This document shows positions 25,095 to 35,705 of a stretch of DNA of 64,000 nucleotides, in pieces. Source of the DNA: Pseudonocardiaceae bacterium (lineage in GTDB: Bacteria; Actinomycetota; Actinomycetes; Mycobacteriales; Pseudonocardiaceae); contig JBDTAX010000045.1 in assembly GCA_039924425.1 (NCBI GenBank), forward strand, positions 5,064-69,063. The letters are read 5' to 3'. Under the pieces are notes generated by a model. The model had not been told where the DNA came from, made no database searches, and worked only from the letters and a program-made list of their open reading frames with translations. Numbering within the stretch: position 1 is the first letter of the stretch; every line of letters starts with the position of its first letter. Made by a program: the position numbers and the translations under genes.

Positions 25095-28000
25095 TCATCT
25101 CACTCGGCGCAGGTCCACCGTGTAAGGGTACTCAGCATCCGCGAGCGGCGGCGCGTGGTCGGCGAGATCGACGGGCCCCGGCGTGTGGCCATCCGGCCGG
25201 AACCGGCTGGCGCGGCGGGTCTCGGCTTCGCTGGCGTTCACCGGCACCCGGTCGTAACTCAAGCCGCCGGGGTGCGACACGTAGTAGGTGCAGCCGCCCA
25301 GCGAGCGCCCGTTCCAGCGGTCCATCAGGTCGAACACCAGCGGGGCGTGCACGCCGATCGTCGGGTGCAAGGCGGAGTGCGGCTGCCAGGCGCGGTAGCG
25401 CACTCCGGCCACGCCCTCGCCGCGAGTCTTGGTGGGCCGCAGTGGCACGACAGCGCCGTTGCAGGTCACCAGATGGCGGCCCTCGGTCATCCCGGTGGCG
25501 CGCACCTGGAGTCGCTCGACCGAGGAGTCGACGTAGCGAGCGGGGGCGGTGGCCGAGACCTCCTCGCCCAGCACCGGCCACGGTTCGATGGCACTGCGCA
25601 GCTCGATCGTGGTGCCGGCCACCTGGACCGACCCGATCAGCGGGAAGCGGAACTCCAGGAATGGCGCCAGCCAGTCCCACTCGAACGGGTAGCCGTGCTG
25701 GCGAAGATCCTCGGTGACCTCCGCGATGTCGGCCGCCACGAAGGCGGGCAGCAGGAACCGGTCGTGCAGCTCGGTGCCCCAGCGAACCAGCGGCCCCGTG
25801 TAGGGCTGGCGCCAGCAGCGGGCCACCAGCGCACGCACCAGCAGCGCCTGCACCAGCGCCATTCTCGGGTGCGGCGGCATCTCGAACGCCCGCAGTTCCA
25901 GCAAACCCTGGCGGCCATGCTCGCCACCGGGGCTGAACAGCTTGTCGATGCAGAACTCCGCGCGGTGGGTGTTGCCGGTGATGTCGACGAGCAGGTGGCG
26001 CAGCAGCCGGTCAGGTAGCCACGGCCGGGGGTCCTGCGCGTGGCGCTCCAGCTCGGCGAAGGCGATCTCGAGCTCGTAGAGCGCCTCGTCCCGCCCCTCA
26101 TCGACCCTGGGCGCCTGGCTGGTCGGCCCGATGAAACGACCCGAGAACAGGTAGGACAGCGACGGGTGGTGCTGCCAGTAGGTGATCAAGCTACGCAGCA
26201 GGTCGGGGCGGCGCAGCAGCGGGCTGTCCGCAGCGGTCGGCCCGCCGAGGGTGAGGTGGTTGCCACCCCCGGTCCCGGTGTGCGTGCCGTCCAGGTCGAA
26301 CTTCTCGGTGCCGAGGCCGACCTGGCGCGCCTGGTCGTACAGCCCACCCACGATGTCGGCAAGTTGGCGCCAGCTCGCCGCGGGGTGCATGTTCACCTCG
26401 ATCACCCCGGGATCGGTGCCCACGACGAGGCGGTGCAACCGCGGGTCGACCGGCGGCGGATAGCCCTCGATCACCACCAGCTCGCCCACCTCGGTGACCG
26501 CGGCCTCGACGCGCGCCAGCAGCTCGACGGCGTGCTCCAGGTACTCCAGCGGGGGCAGGAACACGTGCAACCGGCCCTCGCGCCGCTCCACACACAGCGC
26601 GGTGGGGGGAGACTGGTCCGGCGGGCGGACGCTGGCGGGCGCGGGGTCGCCCCCCGGCGCCAGCAACCCGGCGGGCAACGGGCCGCGCTCCTCGAACGGG
26701 GAGCGCGCGGGGTCGCTGGGCGCCGTGCGCCAGGTCAGTGAGGACAGCGGCAGCCGCAGACCCAACGGTGAGTCGCCCGGACGGAGCATGAGGTGCTTGC
26801 GGCGCAGCGCCCACCGGGTGGTGGCCCACGCACCGCCGTCCCGGTGCGTCCTGTGCACCGGGATGACCCAGCCCCGCGGCGTGCCGGGGTCGCTGTCGAG
26901 CTCAGCGATGATGCGCGCCCTGACCTGGGCGTCGGCCAGGGCCGGGTCGGTCGGGTCCACGTCGCAAGCCGGTGGCGGCCCGTCGGGCAGCAGCGCTTCG
27001 GCCGCCAACCGGTCCAGCGGGTCCTCGTAGGCGGGCACGCAGCACTCCGGCGGGATGTCCAACCGCGCGGCGATGGCCAACGCCAGCCGCTGGGCGTCGG
27101 CGTCGCCGCTCTTGCCGGCCGCCCAGGGGTCCGCCAGCAGCTCCGCCGCTCGCCACAGCGGCTCGCCGTCGGCTCGCCACAGGATCCCGATCTGCCAGCG
27201 CGGCAGGGGCTCCCCCGGATACCACTTGCCCTGCCCGAACTGCGTCAGCCCGCCGGGGGCGAACCGGTCAGCGAGCCGGCCGGCGAGGCGCCAGGCGAGC
27301 TCGCGCTTGCTGGGGCCGTCGGGCTCGACGGTCCACTCCGGGGCTTCCATGTCCTCGACCGAGACGAACGTCGGCTCCCCGCCCTGGGTGAGCCGGACGT
27401 CCCCGGCTGCCAGCTCAGCGTCCACCGCCGTGCCGAGCGCGTCGATGCCGGCCCACTGCGCGTCGGTGTAGGGCAGGGTGACTCGCGGGCTCTCGTGCAC
27501 CCGAGTCACCCGGTTGGAGTAGGAGAACGTGACCTCGCACGGGTCGAGAGCCCCGGTGACCGGCGCCGCGCTGGCGGGCTCCGGGGTGCCGGCCAGCGGC
27601 AGGTGACCCTCGCCGGCGAACAACCCGGACGTCGGGTCCAGCCCGATCCACCCGGCCCCGGGCACGTAGACCTCGGCCCAGGCGTGCAGGTCGGTGAAGT
27701 CCTCGCTGGGTCCGGCCGGGCCGTGCAGCGGCGGCTGGTCGGCGACGAGCTGGATGAGGTACCCGGAGACGAACCGCGCCGCGAGGCCCAACTGACGCAT
27801 GATCGCGACCAGCAGCCACGCGCTGTCCCGGCACGAGCCGCGGCGCAGTCGCAACGTCTCTTCCGGGCTCTGCACGCCGACCTCCATCCGGGTGAGGTAG
27901 TCGACGTCGTCCCGCAACCGCTGGTTGATCCGGACCAGGAAGTCGTTGATCGGAATGTCGTGGGTGAGCCGGGGACCCAGCCCGGCGAGCCACTCGCTCA

Positions 28001-28379
28001 GCAGCGGCCCCGGGGGCTCGCCGGCCAGGTAGGGCGCGAGGTCCCGGAGCATGGCCGGCTCGTAGTGAAACGGGTAGCGCTGCGCCGCCGGGTCAACGAA
28101 GAAATCGAACGGGTTGATCACGGTCAGGTCCGCGACGAGGTCGACAGTGATCGTCAGGTAGCGCACCGGCTCGGGGAACACCAGCCTGGCCAGGTAGTTG
28201 CCGAACGGGTCCTGTTGCCAATTCAGGAAGTGCTCGCCGGGTTCAACCCGCAACGCGTAGGACAGCACCGGGGTGCGGCAGTGCGGCGCCGGGCGCAGCC
28301 GCACGACGTGCGGCGCCACCCGGACCGCACGGTCGAAGTGGTAGGACGTCCGGTGCTCGACGGCGACATGAATGGACAA
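25095..28379 (-). CDS. Large transglutaminase-family protein (TGase N-terminal module plus long DUF2126-like C-terminal region)
   Basis: 1094 aa. N-terminus [16 protein letters not shown]. Core [49 protein letters not shown]. The DUF2126 assignment is from memory of this architecture. Confidence 0.85.
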   Translation of the reverse strand: MSIHVAVEHRTSYHFDRAVRVAPHVVRLRPAPHCRTPVLSYALRVEPGEHFLNWQQDPFGNYLARLVFPEPVRYLTITVDLVADLTVINPFDFFVDPAAQRYPFHYEPAMLRDLAPYLAGEPPGPLLSEWLAGLGPRLTHDIPINDFLVRINQRLRDDVDYLTRMEVGVQSPEETLRLRRGSCRDSAWLLVAIMRQLGLAARFVSGYLIQLVADQPPLHGPAGPSEDFTDLHAWAEVYVPGAGWIGLDPTSGLFAGEGHLPLAGTPEPASAAPVTGALDPCEVTFSYSNRVTRVHESPRVTLPYTDAQWAGIDALGTAVDAELAAGDVRLTQGGEPTFVSVEDMEAPEWTVEPDGPSKRELAWRLAGRLADRFAPGGLTQFGQGKWYPGEPLPRWQIGILWRADGEPLWRAAELLADPWAAGKSGDADAQRLALAIAARLDIPPECCVPAYEDPLDRLAAEALLPDGPPPACDVDPTDPALADAQVRARIIAELDSDPGTPRGWVIPVHRTHRDGGAWATTRWALRRKHLMLRPGDSPLGLRLPLSSLTWRTAPSDPARSPFEERGPLPAGLLAPGGDPAPASVRPPDQSPPTALCVERREGRLHVFLPPLEYLEHAVELLARVEAAVTEVGELVVIEGYPPPVDPRLHRLVVGTDPGVIEVNMHPAASWRQLADIVGGLYDQARQVGLGTEKFDLDGTHTGTGGGNHLTLGGPTAADSPLLRRPDLLRSLITYWQHHPSLSYLFSGRFIGPTSQAPRVDEGRDEALYELEIAFAELERHAQDPRPWLPDRLLRHLLVDITGNTHRAEFCIDKLFSPGGEHGRQGLLELRAFEMPPHPRMALVQALLVRALVARCWRQPYTGPLVRWGTELHDRFLLPAFVAADIAEVTEDLRQHGYPFEWDWLAPFLEFRFPLIGSVQVAGTTIELRSAIEPWPVLGEEVSATAPARYVDSSVERLQVRATGMTEGRHLVTCNGAVVPLRPTKTRGEGVAGVRYRAWQPHSALHPTIGVHAPLVFDLMDRWNGRSLGGCTYYVSHPGGLSYDRVPVNASEAETRRASRFRPDGHTPGPVDLADHAPPLADAEYPYTVDLRRVR

Positions 28380-28390
28380 TTCGGCTCCTG

Positions 28391-29392
28391 TCAGGACAAC
28401 TCAAGCATCGCCGGCTCGGCCTTTGCCGGCTCGACCTTTGCCGGCTCGACCGTGTCCCGCGCCGCCAATCGGAAGTATGCCTCCGCCAGCACCTCGTGCA
28501 ATTCGTTGATGCCGGACTGCAGGTGTGTGACGAGCTCGTGCAGCTCCTGCGGCGTCGCGAGATCAGTGATCGTGAGGTCACGCAGCCTCGCCTGGACCTT
28601 CGCGCAGCTGGCCACCGGCAGGGTGGCTCGGGGCAGCCGCAGCAGCGAGCGGCAGGTCGTGGTCAGGCAGAACTCCACCGATCTCGGGAACTGCTCGGCC
28701 TGCAGCAGGAAGCGCAGCGCCGCTGGCCCGGACACCCCGCATCCCGCGCTGCGGCGGAACATCTGGTGGGCCGACAGCGACCGCAGCACGCTCATCCAGG
28801 TCACATCGCGGTAGGGCGCGCCGTCATCGGGCTGGCTGACCAGGACGCTGGCCTGGACGTCAAGGACCCGAGTGGTCATGTCCGCGCGTTCGAGGTGCCG
28901 GCCGATCTGGAGGAACGCGTAGGCCTCGTCGTCGCACATCGTGCCGGCCAACAGCCCGGTCAGCCGCTGGCAGTGGGAGATCACGCTGTCCATCCACCGC
29001 AGGCGGGTCCGCCGGTCGATCGCCTCCGCCGAGCTGGCGGTGACCCACTCGTGCAGATCGTTGAGCACTTCCCAGGCTGAACTCGGCAGCATGACCCGGC
29101 TCACTCCCAGGCTCACCCGGGCCCGCGCGATGCTGGCCAGGATCGAGCCCAGACTCTTCGGGTCGGTGGCCAGGAACGCCACCACGTCGTCCTCCCCGGC
29201 CTCGGCATGCCGGTCGAGGAACTCCGCGCTGCCACCGGTCACCGCGAGCAGCGGCGACCAGCCCACACCCGCACAGCGGGGCAGGTCGAGGAACAGCTCG
29301 GTATGGACCTTGACCATCCGTGAGGTCGCCTCGGCGCGCTCCAGATACCGTCCGGCCCAGTACAGTGACTCGGCGAACCGTGAGAGCAACAT
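28391..29392 (-). CDS. Alpha-E domain protein (DUF403-like)
   Basis: ATG 29392 lies 7 nt after GGGAGGG. N-terminus MLLSRFAESLYWAGRYLERAEATSR is typical of alpha-E proteins. Confidence 0.85.
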   Translation of the reverse strand: MLLSRFAESLYWAGRYLERAEATSRMVKVHTELFLDLPRCAGVGWSPLLAVTGGSAEFLDRHAEAGEDDVVAFLATDPKSLGSILASIARARVSLGVSRVMLPSSAWEVLNDLHEWVTASSAEAIDRRTRLRWMDSVISHCQRLTGLLAGTMCDDEAYAFLQIGRHLERADMTTRVLDVQASVLVSQPDDGAPYRDVTWMSVLRSLSAHQMFRRSAGCGVSGPAALRFLLQAEQFPRSVEFCLTTTCRSLLRLPRATLPVASCAKVQARLRDLTITDLATPQELHELVTHLQSGINELHEVLAEAYFRLAARDTVEPAKVEPAKAEPAMLELS

Positions 29393-29433
29393 CGTGATTC
29401 CCTCCCTATTCCGGGTCTGCTCGTGGCCGTCGT

Positions 29434-30969
29434 CTAGCTGAACTCCCTCCACGGTGGGGGATCCGGGACCGTGGGATCCAGAACCCAGGTGTCCTTGCTG
29501 CCGCCGCCCCGCGAGCTGTTCACCACCAGCGAGCCCGCTTCCAGCGCGACGCGGGTGAGCCCGCCCTGGGTCACGTAGGACCGCTCGCCGGAGAGGATGA
29601 AGGGCCGCAGATCGACGTGGCGCGGCACGACCCGGCCGGCGCGCAGCGTCGGGGCCGTCGACAGCGCCAGGATCGGTTGGGCGACGTAGTTGCGCGGGTC
29701 GGCCTCGATCCGGGCCCGCACGTCTTCCTTCTCCGCGCGGGTCGCCACCGACCCCACGAAGATCCCGCAGCCACCCGATTCGTTCGCGGGCTTGACCACC
29801 AGCGAATCAAGGTTGGCCAGGACGTGGCTGCGCTGCGCGCTGTCATAGCACAGGTAGGTGGGCACATTCGCGATCTTCGGATCCTCGCCCAGGTAGTACC
29901 GGATTAGCTCGGGAACGAAGGCGTAGACGACCTTGTCGTCAGCCACCCCGGCGCCGGGCGCGTTGGCGATGGCGACGTTGCCGGCCCGCCAGGCCCGCAT
30001 CAGGCCGGGCACCCCGACCAGCGAGTCCGCCCGGAACGCCTCGGGGTCCAGCCACAGGTCATCGAGCCTGCGATAGATCACATCAACCCGGACCGGCCCA
30101 CCGACGGTGCTGAGGTAGACACAGTCGTCGCTCTCGACCACGAGATCGCTGCCCTCGACCAGATAGGCGCCCATCCCCCTGGCCAGGAAGACATGCTCGA
30201 AATACGCCGCGTTGTGGACACCCGGGGTGAGCACCGCGATGGTCGGCCACTGCGTGTCTCGCGGTGACAGCGCGGCGAGCAGCTCATGCAACCGGTTCGG
30301 GTAACCGTCGACCGGGTGAATGTCCAGGTTGCGGAACAAATCAGCGAACACCCGCTTGGTGACCAGCCGGTTTTCCAGCATGTAAGACACCCCGGAGGGT
30401 ACCCGCAGGTTGTCCTCCAACACGTAGACCGTGCCTTGCGCATCGCGGACCAGGTCGCTGCCGCAGACATGCGCCCACACCCCACCCGCCGGGCGCACCC
30501 CCACACACTGCGGCCGGAAGTTCGCCGAGCTGGCCAGCACCTCCACCGGTAACACCCCGTCGGTGACGACCCGGCCCCGCCCGTATACGTCAGCGATGAA
30601 CATGTTCAACGCGGTCAGGCGCTGCACCAGCCCCGCCCGGATCCCGCTCCACTCCTGGGCGGAGATCACCCGGGGGATCACGTCGAAGGGCCATGCGCGG
30701 TCGTGGTTCTCGGCGTCGGCGTAGACGGTGAACGTGATGCCCATCGCCTTGATCGCCAGCTCCGCCGCTCGCTGGCGCTCGAGCAACCCATCGCCCAGGG
30801 AGCTGAGGTAACGCACGACGCCGCCGCTGGCCTCGCGCGCTCGCCCATCCACGAGCATCTCATCCCAGCAGCCTGGGCTGCGATAATCTTCCCAGCAACC
30901 CGTCGCTGGAGGTGAGACGGGAACAGGAGCGCGCATGCGTCGATCTCGGGTGGGCATCCTGCGGATCAC
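29434..30969 (-). CDS. Circularly permuted type 2 ATP-grasp protein
   Basis: 511 aa with ITFTVY, YMLENRLV, YFEHVFLARGMG, VDVIYRRLDD, NAPGAGVADDK. The start is uncertain (Met at codons 1, 5 and 12). Confidence 0.85.
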   Translation of the reverse strand: MIRRMPTRDRRMRAPVPVSPPATGCWEDYRSPGCWDEMLVDGRAREASGGVVRYLSSLGDGLLERQRAAELAIKAMGITFTVYADAENHDRAWPFDVIPRVISAQEWSGIRAGLVQRLTALNMFIADVYGRGRVVTDGVLPVEVLASSANFRPQCVGVRPAGGVWAHVCGSDLVRDAQGTVYVLEDNLRVPSGVSYMLENRLVTKRVFADLFRNLDIHPVDGYPNRLHELLAALSPRDTQWPTIAVLTPGVHNAAYFEHVFLARGMGAYLVEGSDLVVESDDCVYLSTVGGPVRVDVIYRRLDDLWLDPEAFRADSLVGVPGLMRAWRAGNVAIANAPGAGVADDKVVYAFVPELIRYYLGEDPKIANVPTYLCYDSAQRSHVLANLDSLVVKPANESGGCGIFVGSVATRAEKEDVRARIEADPRNYVAQPILALSTAPTLRAGRVVPRHVDLRPFILSGERSYVTQGGLTRVALEAGSLVVNSSRGGGSKDTWVLDPTVPDPPPWREFS

Positions 30970-31040
30970 CTCCTAACCTAGCATCGAACAGCGCTGTATC
31001 AGGCAGGTTTCGGGGCGGTCACATTGCGCTCGCGCTCCGC

Positions 31041-31883
31041 CTAGCTGAGCTCCTCCTCGGCGTGCACGACCATCGTTTCCAGATACGGGGCGCCGAACGT
31101 GGTTGCCATGGCCACATCGGAGGCGTCGCGCCCCCGGCCGATCACGATGCGTCCTTTGCGTCGCATGTTGTTGCGGGGGTCGAAGGTCCACCAGCGCTGC
31201 CCGAGCCAGACCTCCATCCAGGCCGCGAAGTCCATCGGCGCCGGGTCCGGGGGAACATCCATATCGGGCAGGTAGCCGAAGACGTACCGCGCGGGAATGT
31301 TCAGCGCCCGGCAGAATGAGATCGCCAGGTGGGTGAAGTCCCGGCAGACCCCCCGCCCGGCGGCGTTCACGTCCACGGCCGTCGACCACGCGGTGGTGCT
31401 CCCGTACTGAAACATCAAATGATCATGAACGTAGTCGCAGATCGCCTGCACGCGGCGGTACCCCGGAGCAAGCCCGCCGAAGCGGGACCACGCCTCGTTC
31501 CCCAGCACGTCAGGCAAGCAGTAACGACTCGGCAGCAGGTAGATCAGAGTGTCATCCGGCAGAGCGTCCGGCGCCAACTCCGGGGCCTGCTCATCGGCGT
31601 CCTCGGTGGCGTCCGGGCACGCGGCCACCGCGTCGTAGCCAAAGCTCGACCGCCCCGCTGGCAGCACAGCCCGCACACACGGGTTGCCATACAGATCGGT
31701 GTAGTCACGGAACGCTATCAACGGCTCCGACGACCACCGCGGCGCCTCGATCGTGATCAGCCGTGACTCGCCCGGCCGCACCTGGAAGATCACCGGAGTG
31801 TCCACTGCGGCTACATAGGTGAAATTGCACCCGATCCGAATTCGGCGCACGACCATCACCGCATCATCCCCGCCCGGGGTCAC
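31041..31883 (-). CDS. Transglutaminase-like protein, first gene of the operon (catalytic His apparently substituted)
   Basis: Core Cys is present (GRGVCRDFTHLAISFCRALNIPARYVFGY). The position aligned with HAW of the two paralogs reads FAAWMEV. Asp is retained (WWTFDPRN). Confidence 0.8.
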   Translation of the reverse strand: MTPGGDDAVMVVRRIRIGCNFTYVAAVDTPVIFQVRPGESRLITIEAPRWSSEPLIAFRDYTDLYGNPCVRAVLPAGRSSFGYDAVAACPDATEDADEQAPELAPDALPDDTLIYLLPSRYCLPDVLGNEAWSRFGGLAPGYRRVQAICDYVHDHLMFQYGSTTAWSTAVDVNAAGRGVCRDFTHLAISFCRALNIPARYVFGYLPDMDVPPDPAPMDFAAWMEVWLGQRWWTFDPRNNMRRKGRIVIGRGRDASDVAMATTFGAPYLETMVVHAEEELS

Positions 31884-32099
31884 CGACGGTAGGGGAAGAC
31901 AGGTGCGTGGTGGATATCACCACCGACCGGGCACCAGCACCCCCACAAGCGCACGATGAGTCGCCGTCCACGGCCCGCAACGTCACCCAACGGTTACGCG
32001 AACGTCGGCGTTACGGTGTTACAATCGCCCTGCACAACCGTTGGCGGTGGGTGACCTTGGCCACCTTAGAACTCCTTAAGCCCGGTATCCATGCATGCG

Positions 32100-32381
32100 C
32101 TAGGGCAAGCGCTCGATTTCGATCGAGGGTGAGCAGCGGGAGCGCTCCGACTGCGCCCGCGCCGTGTCAAAGACGTCGATGACAGTGCACGGCAGGCCCA
32201 GAAGAACGTCCAGGCCGAGTTCGTGGCCACCGGGGACCAGCGCGCAAGCACGAGCGACCGCTATGGCGGGGACCGCGAGCACGATGTTCTCTTCGATCGC
32301 GGTCATCACCAAGGCTTCGGCATACACTGATCGTCCGGTCGAAAAGCCGACGACCGCAGTCACGTCCAAGAACTCGCCCAC
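32100..32381 (-). CDS. PIN-like (VapC-like) toxin candidate, apparently C-terminally truncated
   Basis: 93 aa. FLDVTAVVGFSTG...AVPAIAVARA...VIDVFD resembles the N-terminal two thirds of VapC-type PIN domains. The usual C-terminal acidic motif is not seen. The start lies 4 nt after the upstream small ORF. Confidence 0.4.
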   Translation of the reverse strand: MGEFLDVTAVVGFSTGRSVYAEALVMTAIEENIVLAVPAIAVARACALVPGGHELGLDVLLGLPCTVIDVFDTARAQSERSRCSPSIEIERLP

Positions 32382-32384
32382 CGA

Positions 32385-32627
32385 TCATGAAACGGCGCAG
32401 CGCGGCGGGAGGCCTGCCCGCTGCCGGACCAGTGCTAGGACGTCCTTAGGCGGCGGTCCACCGAAAAGTCTTGTGACCCGTGCAAGTGCACGGTCCTTGG
32501 CCAGACGAAGCCGCAGAGCCTCCGCAACGTGGTCAGCCACGCTGTCCACCGCGCCGCTGCGGGCGGCATCGCGCGCTTCGCCGAGGAACTCTGCCGGCAG
32601 GTTCACCGACTCCAGCTCGCTGCTCAT
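32385..32627 (-). CDS. Antitoxin candidate (RHH-like)
   Basis: 80 aa. N-terminus VNLPAEFLGEARDAA resembles ribbon-helix-helix antitoxins. It is tightly coupled to the PIN-like ORF. Confidence 0.4.
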   Translation of the reverse strand: MSSELESVNLPAEFLGEARDAARSGAVDSVADHVAEALRLRLAKDRALARVTRLFGGPPPKDVLALVRQRAGLPPRCAVS

Positions 32628-32832
32628 GGATGAAGGGTAGCGGAGCTGTCACGGTCACCCAATTGACGGCGGCAAACTGGTGTTGGCCGTCGTCAATTGG
32701 GAGCGTGCTGGGTAGGCTCTGGCCGCGCTCCCCGCGCTGACCCAACCTCGGGTACGGCGTCCACCCGCTCAAGCTCCCCCTATGTCGGTCTGCGCTTCGC
32801 TCGGGAGAAATACACGTCGCCCCGGCACGCGA

Positions 32833-35558
32833 TCAATCACTATCGGTGGCCATGTTCGGCAGCGCAGAATCGCGCATTGCAATCTGTTCAATGAGCATCC
32901 GTTGGTTGCTTAGCTCTTGCGCGTTGATTGGTGAGAGCTCGTACGCCTCCAGCGCTGCCATCTCATCGCGGGCAGCATCGACTTCACCACACCAAGCCAA
33001 CACGACGGCGTACTGCGCCCGAACCGGTACCAATAGATCGGACAGCTCGAATCTCTTCACAATTGGCAGAAGATCGAATTCGGCGAGGTGTCGAGCTTTT
33101 TTCAGATCATGAAGATCGAGCAGCTCGCCGATCACTTCTTGGCCGGTGAGGACAACCGATCGCCATGCCGAAGCGGCGTTGTAGAATTTTAAGGCATGGA
33201 GGAGTGCGACTAGAGCGGGCTGCCCTATCTGCTGGTGGGCCATCGCCAGGAGTTTCAGACTGTCGGCGACATGGCGAAGGTCGTCATGTCGGTCGGGTGT
33301 GGCAGGCCCCGCAGCCCTAATACCAAAGGCATCAGTGGCGGCAATTTCAAGGATGTCGAGGCCAAGGTGATCGTAGTAGTCCCTGACGAGATGAAGGACC
33401 TCCGACACTACATCTTCATAGGCGCCGAGACGGAACAGTGAAGAGGCTTTATTGTACCGCAGAATCCGGTTCACGCTTGGATTGTCGTGGGTGTATTCAG
33501 CGCCAGTGGTGTAGGCTGCGTCGACCCCCGCGCGGTCACCGGACAGCGCTGCGGCAAGCATCTGCTTCATGCACAGTTCGATCCCTGCTCTAGCGCCGAG
33601 ATCGCCCACCTCCGCCAAGCTGGCCATTCGCTCTACCAGGTACGCAATACGGTCATAGGACCCTCTGGTGTACTCCCAATAGGCCAGCGCACCGAGCACC
33701 CAGAACTGATCCTGAACGCTAAACTCCGGCGACTCGATCACCTCTTCGAGAGTGGCCTTAAGTTCCTGCGGGTCACCGACCTGGTGGAGCTCCTCGTATG
33801 TGGCGAAGTCAAGCAGGGTGTCAATGCGGCCGGTCTCGGGCAGCAACCGAAGCCAGAGACCGAACCGTGCGACAGTCCATCGAGCCAGAAGAGAACGCTC
33901 CAACATGACGACGAGTGACTCAAGCGCCGCATTTACCATGACCGAGGGAAGTGTTTCTCGACCACCACAGGCAAGAATTCGATACGCATCGTGGAGTTTG
34001 ATTTGGCCACCCTGGAAGAGTTGCACAATTCCTAGCCTGCTCAGCTCCCGAATTTCTGTCGAGATCAACGTCGGGGACGAACCCGCGGCGCTGACGAGCT
34101 CCAATGCCTCCTCATGCTCAAGCGATACATCCGAAAGATCGAGCAGTGCGGCAGCTATCCGTGCTCCCGGCGACAGTTGTTCGAAGGTCTCGGTTAGGAT
34201 CATTTCCTGCGCGGTGGGCACAAGATTGAGCCGCTGCCGCACGGCGCCCAGGAAGCGGTTGACGTCGCCACCATAGGCGTCGACGACGAGCTGCGCAGCA
34301 TTCTTGACATAGAGCGGCACACCAGCAGTGATTCCGATAATGCGCTTCCCTGTGGGGCGTCGACTGGACAACCGGCCGAGGCGAACGCAGCAACGACCGC
34401 GTCCAGAGACCAACCGCTGAGTGTTTCCGCCCTGATGCCGAGGCGTCCTTCAACCTCCGCCTGACCGGTCCAGTGCTGACCGATCATAACAAAACGGATG
34501 TCAGTGGTAGCCTCGACCAACCGCCGCAACGTCCCGGCCGACATACCGTGGACGTTATCGAGCACGACGATGACATCCACCCCCTCGCCCCTGAGCCGCT
34601 GAGAGATCGCGGCGAGCAACTCCAATCCGCTTGCCGATGGCAACGCCGCACCGCTCGCTCCAGCGGTAAGTTCGCTAAGAAATCGAGCAGTCACCTCGCG
34701 GGCCAAGGAGGAAGCCAACGCGGAGGCCGGGAGTTCTCCGACGTCGAAATACATGACAGGTGACGGGTGTAGAAGTGCCATTCGCGATGCCCAGGCAGTC
34801 TTACCAGCTCCCGAGACGCCGACGATCAGCCGGGCCCGGCCCGGGGCATCCAGATCCGGTTCGTCCGCGTGCGGGCGGTAGTTGGTTGGTGCTTCCGGGA
34901 ACTCCTGGAGCTGGACCACGAGCTGTTCAAAGAACTCGGTCACCTGTTTGCTGGTCACCGCGTGCCCCATGTGGCCTGCGGCGAGATACTGAACATGCCC
35001 GGAGAGCTTGAATACCAACGTCTCTGGAGCCAGACTCCCAAATGGTACAAGCGTCGCCTGAGCTATGCACGCTTGCAGCGCAGCTACGAGGTCCGGCGAC
35101 GCAGCCGGAAGCTGCAGATTTACTTCAGGGTCGGGATAATCGGGCCACTGCAGCACCATATCCCCAGGCCGCTCTTCCCCAACCAGCCAAGCACGCAATG
35201 CGGGACCAGGCTCGACATTGCTGACCACGGCAAACCACGCCGCGCCCGATCGCCGCCCCTGGGCGTGCTCGTCGCGCAAGACCGCGAATCGTTGTAGCGC
35301 TGCATCCACATCGCTTGGTCGCAAGGGATGATTGCGCGTCTTCACCTGAATGTAGATGTGCGTGTCAGCCCGCACGAGTTCGATATCCTCATCATGCTCA
35401 ATGATCACAAGATCGGTGAAGGTTGCACCCATACTCAGCAGACACGCCACCCCGTAGAGGTGTTGATATCCGTATCCACCATGCATGGCTTCAATCCGCA
35501 CGAGCTGCTGCGGATCTAGGACTGGGTCGAACAGAGCACCGTCTGTCGTTGGCCGCAT
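32833..35558 (-). pseudogene. Avs-like antiviral STAND protein (Cap4/DUF4297-type nuclease, P-loop NTPase, TPR-like sensor), split by a 1-nt frameshift near 34345-34352
   Basis: ORF 34200..35558 has a nuclease motif (HGGYGYQHLYGVACLL...VIIEHDEDIELV...IYIQVKTRN), Walker A GVSGAGKTAW and Walker B VIVVLDNVH. ORF 32833..34413, in another frame, continues with IIGITAGVPLYV (a GxP-like NB-ARC motif) and about 480 aa of helical repeats. G+C is lower than the flanks. Confidence 0.7.
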
Positions 35559-35705
35559 GACTACCAGTGTAAACTGATTCGCCCGGCCTTGGTACGTCGT
35601 TGGTATCGGATGAGGATGGGCGCCATGACTAGGTGGCCGTGAGCAGCCTGTCCTATCAACGATCCTTGATCGTTAGTTCCGTGCGAACCAGACCAGCGGT
35701 GGGGC

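Noticed and set aside
34200-34413. Two genuinely overlapping genes instead of one frameshifted Avs-like gene
   Set aside because: The 214-nt overlap is far longer than normal. The tail of the upstream ORF after ...VDAPQG is junk-like. The downstream frame resumes with an NB-ARC-type GxP motif exactly where the NTPase domain should continue.
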